A stretch of DNA of 64,000 bases, from positions 412,249 through 476,248 of the IMG/VR virus record IMGVR_UViG_3300018080_008436, one strand, 5' to 3'. A program made the position numbers and the translations under genes. A model generated the notes under the pieces. The model did no database searches and was not told where the DNA came from. It saw nothing but the letters and a program-made list of their open reading frames with translations. Below are positions 17,461 to 27,545 of this stretch, in pieces; the first letter of the stretch is position 1, and each line of letters begins with the position of its first letter.

Positions 17461-19940
17461 TTTTCATCAACTTTCTTACTGATACTCTGTTCACCAAGTT
17501 CGCCATCTGAGAGAACATCAACAGCATCAATAATAGTATCTGGATTAATAGTGTCATCAGATGCAATTACTCTCAACTTGTTAACAAGACAGTGTTCGAC
17601 TTCAGTTGGGGAAGCAGTTGCAACTTTTACGTTTTTGGCGTTCCAATAGGATGATCGCTTCGAAAAAGAAGCAGATTCAGAAGATTGAGGTTCTTCTAAC
17701 AAAGATCCTGCTAATCTTACACGTTCCTTAGTGGTTGCAACGCAGTTGTTCGCAATTTCTTGCAATTCTTGTGGGGTTGCTCCAGTTTCAAGGGAAACCT
17801 CTGCAAACGCTTCAACGACAGCATCCATGTGTTCCTTAGCGGACTTAAATAGAGATGCATCTCTGTTGGCCTGACGTGCCCATGCAGGATCGACATTGTC
17901 TAACTGCTTCTGGGTGATTACTTCAGGCTCATTGTTGGTACGATAGCCTTCACTATCCAATTGTTTTTGGGTGACAGTATGTTTGTCCTCATCCTTACGG
18001 GGAGATACACCATTACTATCATTATCCAATTGTTTTTGGGTAATGACTTCAGGTTCGTCATCCTGTCTGGGGTTCAGCTTCAACTCGCTGTCATCCAACT
18101 GTTTCTCAGTGATAACTTCTTTTTCACCTTTTCTTGGACTCGCGTTATCATTGCTGTCCAGTTGTTTTTGTGTGATGACCTGCTGTTCTTCCCCAGTGCG
18201 ACCGTGATACAACTCGGATCTGTGATCTTCGAGTTGTTTCTGAGTGATCACTTCTGGAGTTGCAAGAACGGTATTGGCACCAGCCTCTTTAGTTTCTTTA
18301 CTCATTCTTTCTACTCCTTCTCTTGGATTTGTTTTGGCGAATAAATCTAAAAATTGATGAGCCGCTACTTTTGGCGACTCACTGATTAAATTCTTATCTT
18401 GATCTGACAGATCGTCATAGGTCCAAATTTGCATTCTGTCAGAGTTAGTGTCCTCCGCGACGATGATAAATGAATCGTCTCTATTTTTCACTGCGAGTTT
18501 TAAATTACCAATTTGCATTGATGGTACTTCTTTTATATACTCAAAAAAGCTTTGTTTTTCCTGCCACGAGTCAGATAAAACTTGCATAGCTTTTTCACGT
18601 TGTTTTTCTTTACTAGCTACGGTTCGTCTTTTTCCCATAGATTTAACTCCCGTTTTATTCATTTTATCGCACAGACTCGCGGCCTTTTGCAAAACAGAAG
18701 CTCCGAACTCATAATGATCTACGGCCTCATCTGCGACTCTCCTAATTAAATGTGAACTCTGGGCGGCTGGACGCATAGGTGCGGTAATAGGCATCTGCGG
18801 TGTATTTACTGGAGGTTGCCCTGGCGCTCCAGTTGTCGTTCCAACTTCCATCGCTTGTTCTGAAGCAACTGGCATTGGTGCGGCATCTCTTGGAGCCGTT
18901 TCCAATCCCCCTCCTGGTGTTGGTGGTACTTCCCCTGTTGGAGGCATACCTTCTTCTGGAGCGTTACCCTCGGTTCCAGGAACCTGAGATTCAACACTTC
19001 CATATCCAGCCCCTACTAATTCATCTGACCAAGTTTGTAGACTAGCAATAATATCTACTAAATCACTTGCAAATTCAACTTCAACTTGTTGTCGGTTCTT
19101 AATCAAGTTAACAGCAATGTTCTCTAATGTTTCAAGAACCTGATTAATCTGATCAATTTCTTCCTGACTTGCATTTTTCTCAAGTGCCGCAGTCTTAATC
19201 ATTCTAAGGTAATTCTCAACATTGGCAACTCTTGCAAGATAATCATCGTTTGGAATTATACCTTCAATATGGCAACTTGGGCAAGCAGGATCAACAACTC
19301 CACTTAACTCAATAAACTTGATCCCATAATTATGTTCAAATACTGGTTCGTCTTTGAATTCCTTCACTTCGCCAGTTCTAACGTTTCTGGCCCTACCAGT
19401 AAATTTTCTGCTCTTTCTATTTCTAATATGTTCGCAGTAATCTTCAGTTCTCTCAGCTTTGTTTTCGCAAATACTGCAAGTACTGTATTCAACTGAAGCA
19501 CCCATGGAGACTCCAGTCATATATCCTTGTTCAATACCGCGACAAATATGAGGATAAGCATCTCTATCTACAAAAGCTATTGTATAAACAGCATTATCAT
19601 CTTCGTTCCATTCGGCCCAGATGATCTTACCTTTAGCCTTTTCTATATCTTGATTTTCATGATTGGTAAAGAAAGGGACACCTTCGAAACTCTTATAAGC
19701 TTTAAGCAATTCTTCTTTCGAAAATGAATCACCATTACTATTAGGTTCGTCAGCTTTGATTGCTTTAGCCCTGAAAAATAAAGCATTTGGATGCTTTGTA
19801 ATTTCTGCTTGAACAATCTTTTCTTTCTCTGAACCAGGCTCTATCAAAACTCTGCCAGAGGCAGTTTTAATCATAACCTCGTCTTCCTTAGAAATTTGCT
19901 CTACAGGACAAGGTTCGGTTAAAGCAACTTTTATTAACAT
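17439..19940 (-). CDS. prohead (maturation) protease with scaffold extension
   Basis: NSNGDSF...FFTNH...AKGKI...GVSMGASVEYSTCSIC...CEHI...FIELSGVVDPA, typical of HK97-type prohead serine proteases; located between portal and MCP. Confidence 0.8.
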   Translation of the reverse strand: MLIKVALTEPCPVEQISKEDEVMIKTASGRVLIEPGSEKEKIVQAEITKHPNALFFRAKAIKADEPNSNGDSFSKEELLKAYKSFEGVPFFTNHENQDIEKAKGKIIWAEWNEDDNAVYTIAFVDRDAYPHICRGIEQGYMTGVSMGASVEYSTCSICENKAERTEDYCEHIRNRKSRKFTGRARNVRTGEVKEFKDEPVFEHNYGIKFIELSGVVDPACPSCHIEGIIPNDDYLARVANVENYLRMIKTAALEKNASQEEIDQINQVLETLENIAVNLIKNRQQVEVEFASDLVDIIASLQTWSDELVGAGYGSVESQVPGTEGNAPEEGMPPTGEVPPTPGGGLETAPRDAAPMPVASEQAMEVGTTTGAPGQPPVNTPQMPITAPMRPAAQSSHLIRRVADEAVDHYEFGASVLQKAASLCDKMNKTGVKSMGKRRTVASKEKQREKAMQVLSDSWQEKQSFFEYIKEVPSMQIGNLKLAVKNRDDSFIIVAEDTNSDRMQIWTYDDLSDQDKNLISESPKVAAHQFLDLFAKTNPREGVERMSKETKEAGANTVLATPEVITQKQLEDHRSELYHGRTGEEQQVITQKQLDSNDNASPRKGEKEVITEKQLDDSELKLNPRQDDEPEVITQKQLDNDSNGVSPRKDEDKHTVTQKQLDSEGYRTNNEPEVITQKQLDNVDPAWARQANRDASLFKSAKEHMDAVVEAFAEVSLETGATPQELQEIANNCVATTKERVRLAGSLLEEPQSSESASFSKRSSYWNAKNVKVATASPTEVEHCLVNKLRVIASDDTINPDTIIDAVDVLSDGELGEQSISKKVDEKLLKPLQ
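17895..18260 (-). repeat. six degenerate (E/Q)VITQKQL protein repeats in the scaffold
   Basis: EVITQKQLEDHR, QVITQKQLDSN, EVITEKQLDDS, EVITQKQLDND, TVTQKQLDSE, EVITQKQLDNV. Confidence 0.85.
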
Positions 19941-19941
19941 A

Positions 19942-22900
19942 TTATCTTCCTTTTCTAAGATTCTTCGAGAACTTCTTTGCTAACCTTAAGAGTTCTAAAG
20001 ATTCATGTGATTTTCCTTCATTGTCCAATTCTTGGGACAACTTTATGATGTTTTTAAGAGCGTCAGTCGATGCCTGTGGGCCATCATCATCGTCATCATC
20101 CACATCAAAATCTTCTTGAAGACCATCAAGAAGTCCAGGCAATGCAGGTGTTGCAGGTTGTTTTGCAGGAGGTTGCTCCCTTCTTTCCCCAGGTTGTTCT
20201 ACGACATCGACTTCTCTGTCAATAACAACCTCTGGCAAATCAGGTGTTACTTCTTCAGGACCTTCAGGACCTTCAGGAACAACCTCTTCAGCGCCATCAC
20301 CAACATCATTTATTTCGAAATCTTCTTGATCCAACAAATCTCCTTCATCAAGTACCTGTTCAAGCTCAAGTGCAACCTGATCCAACATATCTTGATCAAC
20401 ATCATGAACTCCTCTCATATAAGCGAGGTCTTCTGTGTTAATTCTAATCATTGCTTCGTCACCATATATCTCTTCGAAATATTTTCTCATGGTTTCATCA
20501 CTTCTGATTGTTCTGTATAACTTTCTTTGAGCAGGTGTTCTGGCATAGAATTCATATGCCAATTGATTTGAAGTTACATTGTCTGCTGGAGGTCTCTGGA
20601 ATACCAACGCAATTCTTTGAATATTCTTGTCCCCATTCTCATCCATAGATATCAGTGGAGTCTTGGTCCCTGGATCTGTAAGTCTCGTTCCTTTCTCAAC
20701 AAACTCAAAAGCCATTGTTTCAGTTATTTCTCCAACATCAAGAAATGCATCTAACAAACTATTATGAACTCCAAATTGACTCATTTCTTGTTTATCTTCA
20801 TCCCAAACAATACTAACAGCATTGCCAACATCTTCATCGGCACCTTTCTTTGTTCTCTTGCCATCAATTTGTTTTTGTCGTCTATAAACCTTTTCCATTT
20901 CATGAGCATAACTTCTTGCTTTCTTGGCTATGTCTTTTATTTCAGAATCAATTTGAATTTGTTCCCCATTTTCCCCTTCTTCAACATATGGTCTAAATGG
21001 CTCCAATTCTTTTATTTGTAAAGGTACATCTAATTGCCTTGCTCGAATAGCCCTTGTCATCATTGCTCTAACCTGACTTGGGAGAAACTTATTGGCATGT
21101 CCATTCTCATTAAGGAAGATTCGGCCCCTTTCTACAGAATCTTTATCTATCTGTTCTCTGGTGGTAATATTGTTCTCACCCATGAACTCAGCCAAAGTGT
21201 CTAAAGCATTTTTCTTATCGAAGAATTGCAATACTTTCTCCATAGGAGTTCTAACTGTATTCTCATTAAAGCATCTTGGGAAACCATTGGCATCCAAAAA
21301 TCGGACTACAGTTTCGGCAGTACCTTGACCAACATGAGCAAAGTTATTTGCCTCCATACACTCAGCAACCTTCTTTTTAACAACTCTGTCCAAAACTTTA
21401 ATCATTAATGGCTTTACATTACCCTTATTAAATAATGGAGTATAATTGTTAAACTCATCTTTGTGTTTCTTTCTCTTACCCCTACCACTAGCACTTCCAC
21501 CTGGGCCTTTGGGATCTCCACCAGCATTTAAGAAATCAACTACAACTTGCATTGAGTCTTCACTTATCTCTTCTATATTTCTAGAAGCCATAAATTCAGC
21601 AATTTCAGCAATAAGATTCTTCTCATTCTTCACATTTGATTTAATCTGAAGGGCTGAGTTTCTTAAAGCGCTACTAGGTTTAATGAATGCATGAGTCTCA
21701 CTCATTCTTTTGAAGTTCTTTCGCATAACATCAATACTTAATAACTTATCAATGTCTTCTTCTGCCAATTCTCTCTCTTCTTCTGTAGAGTCAGGGTCGC
21801 TAATAATATCTTTGCGGTTTTTGATTTTTTCTTCAATTATGTTTTCATAGAAAGCAAATATATGAGTGACTAACTTATTAAAGATTCTGTTCCCACTATA
21901 TCCATTAAGAGCGCCATCTTTAGAGAAGTTAAAGTTATCTAGGTTAAGAACTCCACCATTAGTAACCTGTTGTCTTGGATCTGGGTTATCTGCCTGTCGT
22001 TGACCTTCTTCCCATTCGTTCAGAGCTTCCTGCCTATCTTCAGAAACGCCACCAATTCCAGTTAGGAAATTAACAAATGTTCTAAAATCACTTGTAAAAT
22101 CAAACCCTGCTTGACCTGCTTGAGGGATTCCCCCAAGAAGTCTGTATCGGTATCTCTCTCCACCAGTTATATTTTGATCTTGGAGATAGGATCTCACATA
22201 ATGTAAAAGATCTTCATTGTATTGTTTGAACTCTTCCATTCCCATCATGTTAGCCAAAAGTTTCCTTAAACCATTTCTATTTAAGAACATTCTTGTTCCA
22301 TTTGGAGAAATGATCATGTTATTCTCAGCGGCTTGATTGTAATTAGCGAAAGAATAGATCTGACAATCAGGATCATTCATATAATTTGCGGGTAAAGTAG
22401 AATCTCTTTTAAGAAGACGATTGTCTACCATAGGACCAACAGCTTTTTTCTGGAAGAATCTTGGACCTTCTGTCTTCTTATCAAGATTATAAATAGTTCT
22501 ATAGTTAAAGATGTAGGAATAGTCATCCAATCCGAACTTCTGAATAAGAGGTGATGGACTCTCGGGATTGGTTAAGCTTTCCACTTGTTGTTCCTGAGTA
22601 ACATGATCTTCTCCTAGATCTTGGAACATATCAAGTTTATGAATTTTGAGATTCTTTTCTAATTCTTCATTCTCTCTGTTTGGAGCAGGGACTGGATAGG
22701 ATCTATGGAATGCTTGGAATTTCCCAAATGCGTCTGCGTAATACAAACCTGCTAGGTTAAGAACTTGATCTCCTTGTATCTTTTTCCCTCTAACTTTTGC
22801 AAATGCGGCATCCTTAGCTTTTCTTTTAGCCACTTCATCGGCGGCTTCCTGATCTTCATGTTTTGGATTTCTACGTTCTTCTTCTTGAATGTTTGGCAAT

Positions 22901-23859
22901 AACATTTGATAGAAGTGATCTTGAACCATCCCTTGAATTTGTCCAGATGACTTTTTGAGAAGTTGTATGATTGTTCCCATAGGGATATCTTCCCCATTTT
23001 CTGCATGGGGGTACATTCCCATAATACGCAATGCGTCACACAATCTACCGTTATCCTCTGGGGCCATTAAATAAGGCCCAACATAAATAGCATGAAGACC
23101 ATGATGTTTACTAAATCCGACATAAGTCTTAAAAATCTTTCTCATTTCTGCGGCACCAGCAGGATCAACTAATTCATCATCTTGACCCTCTTTCGCATCT
23201 CCATATCCATACTTTCTTTTATAGTATGCATATCTCTTCCTCTTCTCATCTTTGATGTCTTGTAATGCGCCTTCGAATGACGGGTTGTCTGCTATAAACT
23301 CTTTCAAGTCATCAGCTTCGTCTAGCATAATCGCTTCATATGGAACCCAAATATAATCGACTCTGTATCTAAGAGCGTCTGCGCCCATAGCTTCTTTAAT
23401 AATTACATCGATATTGAACGATTCTAGTTTCTTTTCTCTCTCTTCTTCCCTCTCTTCCTTTTTCTCTCTCTTGGCTTTCCAATCATTCACTTTCTGAGAA
23501 AGTCCATGGAGTTGTTTTGAGGTATAAGGTTTCAAGCTACTGGGGGTGGGGACTCCCCAAGTTTCTTTAGCATATTTAGCGGCTGAGTCTAAACTGTCGA
23601 AATATTTTCCACCAGCAGAGTAAGTAGCGGGTAGCTTTCTTACGCCTGCGAAGAATTTAGCTCTAGGAGCGTGTACTTTAGCTGGTCCAATAATACAATA
23701 GTATCCGTCACCATTTGGGGCTTGCCCTTCAAAACGGAAATAACTGCCTGGACCGACAACATCTTCAAACTGATCTTTGAGAAATTGGGTTTTATCAGTA
23801 TATTTCTCGCCCCACTTGATGTTTTTCTCAACGAGTTTTTCTTTGGATTCTTTGCGCAT
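19942..23859 (-). CDS. large hypothetical head-associated protein (1305 aa)
   Basis: Lies between portal and protease; AGG-N19-GAA at 23904-23928; internal IIKEA motif; acidic tail ending in a helix NIIKLSQELDNEGK. Confidence 0.7.
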   Translation of the reverse strand: MRKESKEKLVEKNIKWGEKYTDKTQFLKDQFEDVVGPGSYFRFEGQAPNGDGYYCIIGPAKVHAPRAKFFAGVRKLPATYSAGGKYFDSLDSAAKYAKETWGVPTPSSLKPYTSKQLHGLSQKVNDWKAKREKKEEREEEREKKLESFNIDVIIKEAMGADALRYRVDYIWVPYEAIMLDEADDLKEFIADNPSFEGALQDIKDEKRKRYAYYKRKYGYGDAKEGQDDELVDPAGAAEMRKIFKTYVGFSKHHGLHAIYVGPYLMAPEDNGRLCDALRIMGMYPHAENGEDIPMGTIIQLLKKSSGQIQGMVQDHFYQMLLPNIQEEERRNPKHEDQEAADEVAKRKAKDAAFAKVRGKKIQGDQVLNLAGLYYADAFGKFQAFHRSYPVPAPNRENEELEKNLKIHKLDMFQDLGEDHVTQEQQVESLTNPESPSPLIQKFGLDDYSYIFNYRTIYNLDKKTEGPRFFQKKAVGPMVDNRLLKRDSTLPANYMNDPDCQIYSFANYNQAAENNMIISPNGTRMFLNRNGLRKLLANMMGMEEFKQYNEDLLHYVRSYLQDQNITGGERYRYRLLGGIPQAGQAGFDFTSDFRTFVNFLTGIGGVSEDRQEALNEWEEGQRQADNPDPRQQVTNGGVLNLDNFNFSKDGALNGYSGNRIFNKLVTHIFAFYENIIEEKIKNRKDIISDPDSTEEERELAEEDIDKLLSIDVMRKNFKRMSETHAFIKPSSALRNSALQIKSNVKNEKNLIAEIAEFMASRNIEEISEDSMQVVVDFLNAGGDPKGPGGSASGRGKRKKHKDEFNNYTPLFNKGNVKPLMIKVLDRVVKKKVAECMEANNFAHVGQGTAETVVRFLDANGFPRCFNENTVRTPMEKVLQFFDKKNALDTLAEFMGENNITTREQIDKDSVERGRIFLNENGHANKFLPSQVRAMMTRAIRARQLDVPLQIKELEPFRPYVEEGENGEQIQIDSEIKDIAKKARSYAHEMEKVYRRQKQIDGKRTKKGADEDVGNAVSIVWDEDKQEMSQFGVHNSLLDAFLDVGEITETMAFEFVEKGTRLTDPGTKTPLISMDENGDKNIQRIALVFQRPPADNVTSNQLAYEFYARTPAQRKLYRTIRSDETMRKYFEEIYGDEAMIRINTEDLAYMRGVHDVDQDMLDQVALELEQVLDEGDLLDQEDFEINDVGDGAEEVVPEGPEGPEEVTPDLPEVVIDREVDVVEQPGERREQPPAKQPATPALPGLLDGLQEDFDVDDDDDDGPQASTDALKNIIKLSQELDNEGKSHESLELLRLAKKFSKNLRKGR

Positions 23860-23945
23860 TTGGTAATCTCCAACAAAAAAGATCTATTATCATTTTTTCT
23901 CTTTTCTAAAAAAATGACACAGATCCCTTTTTTATGATAAAAATG

Positions 23946-26168
23946 TTACTCTTTTGGTGCTTGATTTTGAATAGCCATTTCCTTTTTCATAATTGTCTGC
24001 ACAATTTTACTCATTGCCTGCTGTGGCTGTTTCTCTATCTCACTATCTTTAAACCTTAAAACAGTCCAGCCCATCTGGGCAAGTTGCCTATCTCTTTCTT
24101 GGTCTTTTTGAATCTGTTTTGGAGAATTGTGAAAAATCTCTCCATCTGCTTCAATAATAAGTCTCAAATGAGGGAGGGCAAAGTCTACAGGATGTTCCAT
24201 ATTTCCTATCATAATCTTATACTGAGGGATAATAGGATATTTAATAATCCCGTCTTTTTGATGTTGAACCATATGATCCATCAATTCTCTTTCAATTTTT
24301 GTAAAAGCGATTCTCCCCTTCTCATCTCTTACCTGTCCATCTTTCCCTTGCGAATAGGAAGATGGTTTTGCGGTCTCTGAACGCATTTTCTTTTGCTCAG
24401 AAACTAATTTATCTCTGGTTTTCTTTTTCAAAACCTTTCCGCCAAATTGTGATGGATCAGCAACTTCCGCAGTCAATGGCCCTGTTTTTGCCAATACGGG
24501 TTCTCCACCTGTTGGTGCGGCTGGCGCTCCACCGAGATCTCCTCCTGGCTCAATAGGGGGTTCTCCCCCCATACCTCCCATTCCACCTCCAAGATCCATG
24601 CCTCCTGGCATTCCGCCGAAGCCACCACCCATGTCTCCTCCAGGCTGTTGCCCCATACCTTGTCCAAGGGCCATCATTTGAACGGCATCATAGCGTTTTC
24701 TTTCAATTTCTTGATCTGGGTCAATATCAAATGCTTCAAGAACAGTCTGCGCACTAACAAGACCCTTCTCGTACAATTGAATAATAAATGTTCTGTATTG
24801 CTGTTGATCTCTAAGATGCATGGAGTTCCATTTAATCTTAGGAACCAGATACTCTTCTTCTCCCGTCTCAGGATTTGTATCAATAAACCCTTGTCGTTTA
24901 GCTTCTGGGAGATATAGGAAATCTGTTATCCAATCAGCTATTTGACTTCTAAATGTGTCCAACCTGTGAATCATAGCTTCAATACCAACAGAAGCGCTTG
25001 CAAATGTTGGACCTTCACCATTAAGAAGAGCATTGTTAATCATCATACCATCAAGGACTTCCTGATTGATGAATTCAAACTCATTACTAAGAGTAAGAAC
25101 TTTGCCAGAAGCACCCACCCAGTCAAAATCAAATGCATGGTGTGTGACAATGGTAAGGTTAGGGTCATTAGCAGTTTCGGCAAGCTGTGCTTGTACAGCG
25201 GCAATATCGGCAGGTCCAGCAGGACGTTCATCACTACCGACTTTAACAATCTTAATAGGAACGATTAGACGTTCTGCAACGATCCACTGAGCTACCATGA
25301 GCTTAGTTTTATATGAAAGTATAGGGAATAATCTACGGACCATTCCGATTCCATAACGAGTATATCCACTTTCACCATATTTCAAGTGAGAAACGTTACG
25401 ATTATCTAATCGGATAGGCTGACCTGACGAAACAAGTGCGATTACATCTGGAGAAAGTTTCTCATATCCAGGTGTTTTTCTCTGGACCATATTGATGAGT
25501 TCTTCATCTGGTTTCAAAGCGATAATCGGGTCAGGATTTAAAGGTGGGGTATAGACATCTACAAAGTCAGGGTTAAGGATGACCATTCTTCTGACCGTTC
25601 CTCCCTCATGATCGCAAATAATATCTCCGACCATTCCAGAGCCTCCACAATGCTCACAATGGATTTCTGCAAATGGGAAGCAATCGCCAAGCAAATGGAC
25701 TTCATGACTTATCAAACGACACCATTTAGTCAGTTCGAGTCTTTTTTTGAATTTATCAAAGTATAACTTAATCTCTCTATCTTTACACTCATGTTCCCAA
25801 TCACTCATTGGAAAATAACTGTAGAAATCAATTGCAGAAGCTACCTTGGGTTCGTTTTCATAGAAGAATCTTGCCCATTGATATTGTTCTATTCTTTTAC
25901 TTGGGATCTGCCAGTTGATTGGAGTATGAACTGGGGAGAAAAATTGAGGCTGACCATAAATAGTTCCTGCACTTGCTACGGAACTAAATTTCGCCATACC
26001 ATTTCCCCATTGGGTACTGGCACCAGTCGTTGGGGCATAGTTTTGTCTTGGGATAGGTCGATATGATTGGTGCTGTGGAACCTCGCTGGTAGCGAGTTTA
26101 GCGGGATCTCTATTTCTTAATGCTCTAAAAGTCTCTTCTAGATTGGTAGTTTGTAGGTGAACTTGCAT
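23946..26168 (-). CDS. portal protein with C-terminal DUF559/Vsr-like endonuclease domain
   Basis: WARFFYENEPKVASAIDFYS, HLLGDCFPF, YGIGMVRR, IVPIKIVKVG portal-like core; Gly/Met/Pro linker; then PVDFALP..RLIIEADGEIFH...KDQERDRQL..GWTVLRF. Confidence 0.8.
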   Translation of the reverse strand: MQVHLQTTNLEETFRALRNRDPAKLATSEVPQHQSYRPIPRQNYAPTTGASTQWGNGMAKFSSVASAGTIYGQPQFFSPVHTPINWQIPSKRIEQYQWARFFYENEPKVASAIDFYSYFPMSDWEHECKDREIKLYFDKFKKRLELTKWCRLISHEVHLLGDCFPFAEIHCEHCGGSGMVGDIICDHEGGTVRRMVILNPDFVDVYTPPLNPDPIIALKPDEELINMVQRKTPGYEKLSPDVIALVSSGQPIRLDNRNVSHLKYGESGYTRYGIGMVRRLFPILSYKTKLMVAQWIVAERLIVPIKIVKVGSDERPAGPADIAAVQAQLAETANDPNLTIVTHHAFDFDWVGASGKVLTLSNEFEFINQEVLDGMMINNALLNGEGPTFASASVGIEAMIHRLDTFRSQIADWITDFLYLPEAKRQGFIDTNPETGEEEYLVPKIKWNSMHLRDQQQYRTFIIQLYEKGLVSAQTVLEAFDIDPDQEIERKRYDAVQMMALGQGMGQQPGGDMGGGFGGMPGGMDLGGGMGGMGGEPPIEPGGDLGGAPAAPTGGEPVLAKTGPLTAEVADPSQFGGKVLKKKTRDKLVSEQKKMRSETAKPSSYSQGKDGQVRDEKGRIAFTKIERELMDHMVQHQKDGIIKYPIIPQYKIMIGNMEHPVDFALPHLRLIIEADGEIFHNSPKQIQKDQERDRQLAQMGWTVLRFKDSEIEKQPQQAMSKIVQTIMKKEMAIQNQAPKE

Positions 26169-26209
26169 GCACACATTCCTGATTTAGATTTTTTTTATTA
26201 TACAAAATC

Positions 26210-27541
26210 TTAGAGTTCATCAATTTCGAATGTGTCTACCTCTTCAACCTCTTGAACATCTTGAACACCCATTTCTTCGCCAACTTCATTTAGACCAATC
26301 TCATCTGCCGCATCCTGAATTGATTCAACTTCACCATTCTCGTCAAGTGCATCAAGGGCTTCAGTAAGATTTGAAATGTCAGTTTTGATAATGACAGTTT
26401 GACCGACCCCTTTCCCAGAAGCAATATCATAATTGCCTTGTGGAGTATTTGGGTCATCTACAAGAATTGTTCCCTGTAAAAGATTGACAGGAACATTCCC
26501 ACCATCTCCCATTGTTTCAGCCGCAAGGTCACTTAACAATCTGTAGGTTGACCTTGAATTTGCTGTTTTGACAGGTTTAACATCAAATGCATAAGCAATT
26601 TGATCATGTTTCTTCACCATCGTATCAGCAAACTTTCCGATCTGTGCTACGTTCGTTATTGAAGTGTCGTAATGCTCAGAGATCAAATCCAACATATTCT
26701 CATATCCGATGCCTGCCGCTTTCATATCCATGTAATCAGTAAAGATGCTATAAACAATATCATCAAACCTATTTACAGGGGTCTTACTAGCTGTTTTAAC
26801 CAATTTATTAAAAGAATTGGCAGTCGTCGTTACTTCAAGATCATAAGTCTCATTGCCTCTGGCCTCTTCCAGTCTTCTTTCAGTTGAATACTGATGAGGT
26901 CTTGGCTTTCTGGTCCTTTCATTCAGACCTAATTCCATTTGGTTTCCGCCATCTCTTGGAGCGTCTGGATTGGCAGGAGTACCAGCAGTAGGGTAAACAT
27001 GGAATCTGTCATTGATATATCCACCAACCCATTGTCCTTCTTCTGTTTTATACTCTCTGTAGAATTTGTCCATGACATACATTCTCCAGATAGCTTCCCC
27101 ACTATAAACACGATCAGGATCAGCGTCAAAAGAAATGGCATCTGGAGCATAATGAGTGAAATCAAAAAACTGATCTCTGTCAACTCTCCAAGGAGTGTCT
27201 TCATTATAAGCATCTACTGCTCTATTCCATTTATTACGCTCTCCTCGCATCCAACCGTTTCTCTGTCTGCTTTGAGCTTTCTTTTCCATATAAACACCTT
27301 TATTTAATGCCTCTGTTAAATTGTGTTTGGACAAAATTTTATACAATACATTAGACGCATCTTCGTCATCATCATTATAGATCGCTGTACAAGCGTCTTT
27401 AATGTCCAACTCATCCTCAATAAAGTCAATGTCAGTAGTTATCTTCACTACCTTCATTAACTCGTTAAATGCATCTCCTAACGTATCTTTATCTCTAATC
27501 CAATCATTAAGATCATTTGGATTTTTGAAAAAATTCGCCAC
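26210..27541 (-). CDS. hypothetical head-associated protein
   Basis: 443 aa; internal MEKKAQ, LVKTAS and VKTAN motifs. Confidence 0.7.
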   Translation of the reverse strand: MANFFKNPNDLNDWIRDKDTLGDAFNELMKVVKITTDIDFIEDELDIKDACTAIYNDDDEDASNVLYKILSKHNLTEALNKGVYMEKKAQSRQRNGWMRGERNKWNRAVDAYNEDTPWRVDRDQFFDFTHYAPDAISFDADPDRVYSGEAIWRMYVMDKFYREYKTEEGQWVGGYINDRFHVYPTAGTPANPDAPRDGGNQMELGLNERTRKPRPHQYSTERRLEEARGNETYDLEVTTTANSFNKLVKTASKTPVNRFDDIVYSIFTDYMDMKAAGIGYENMLDLISEHYDTSITNVAQIGKFADTMVKKHDQIAYAFDVKPVKTANSRSTYRLLSDLAAETMGDGGNVPVNLLQGTILVDDPNTPQGNYDIASGKGVGQTVIIKTDISNLTEALDALDENGEVESIQDAADEIGLNEVGEEMGVQDVQEVEEVDTFEIDEL

Positions 27542-27545
27542 AAAA

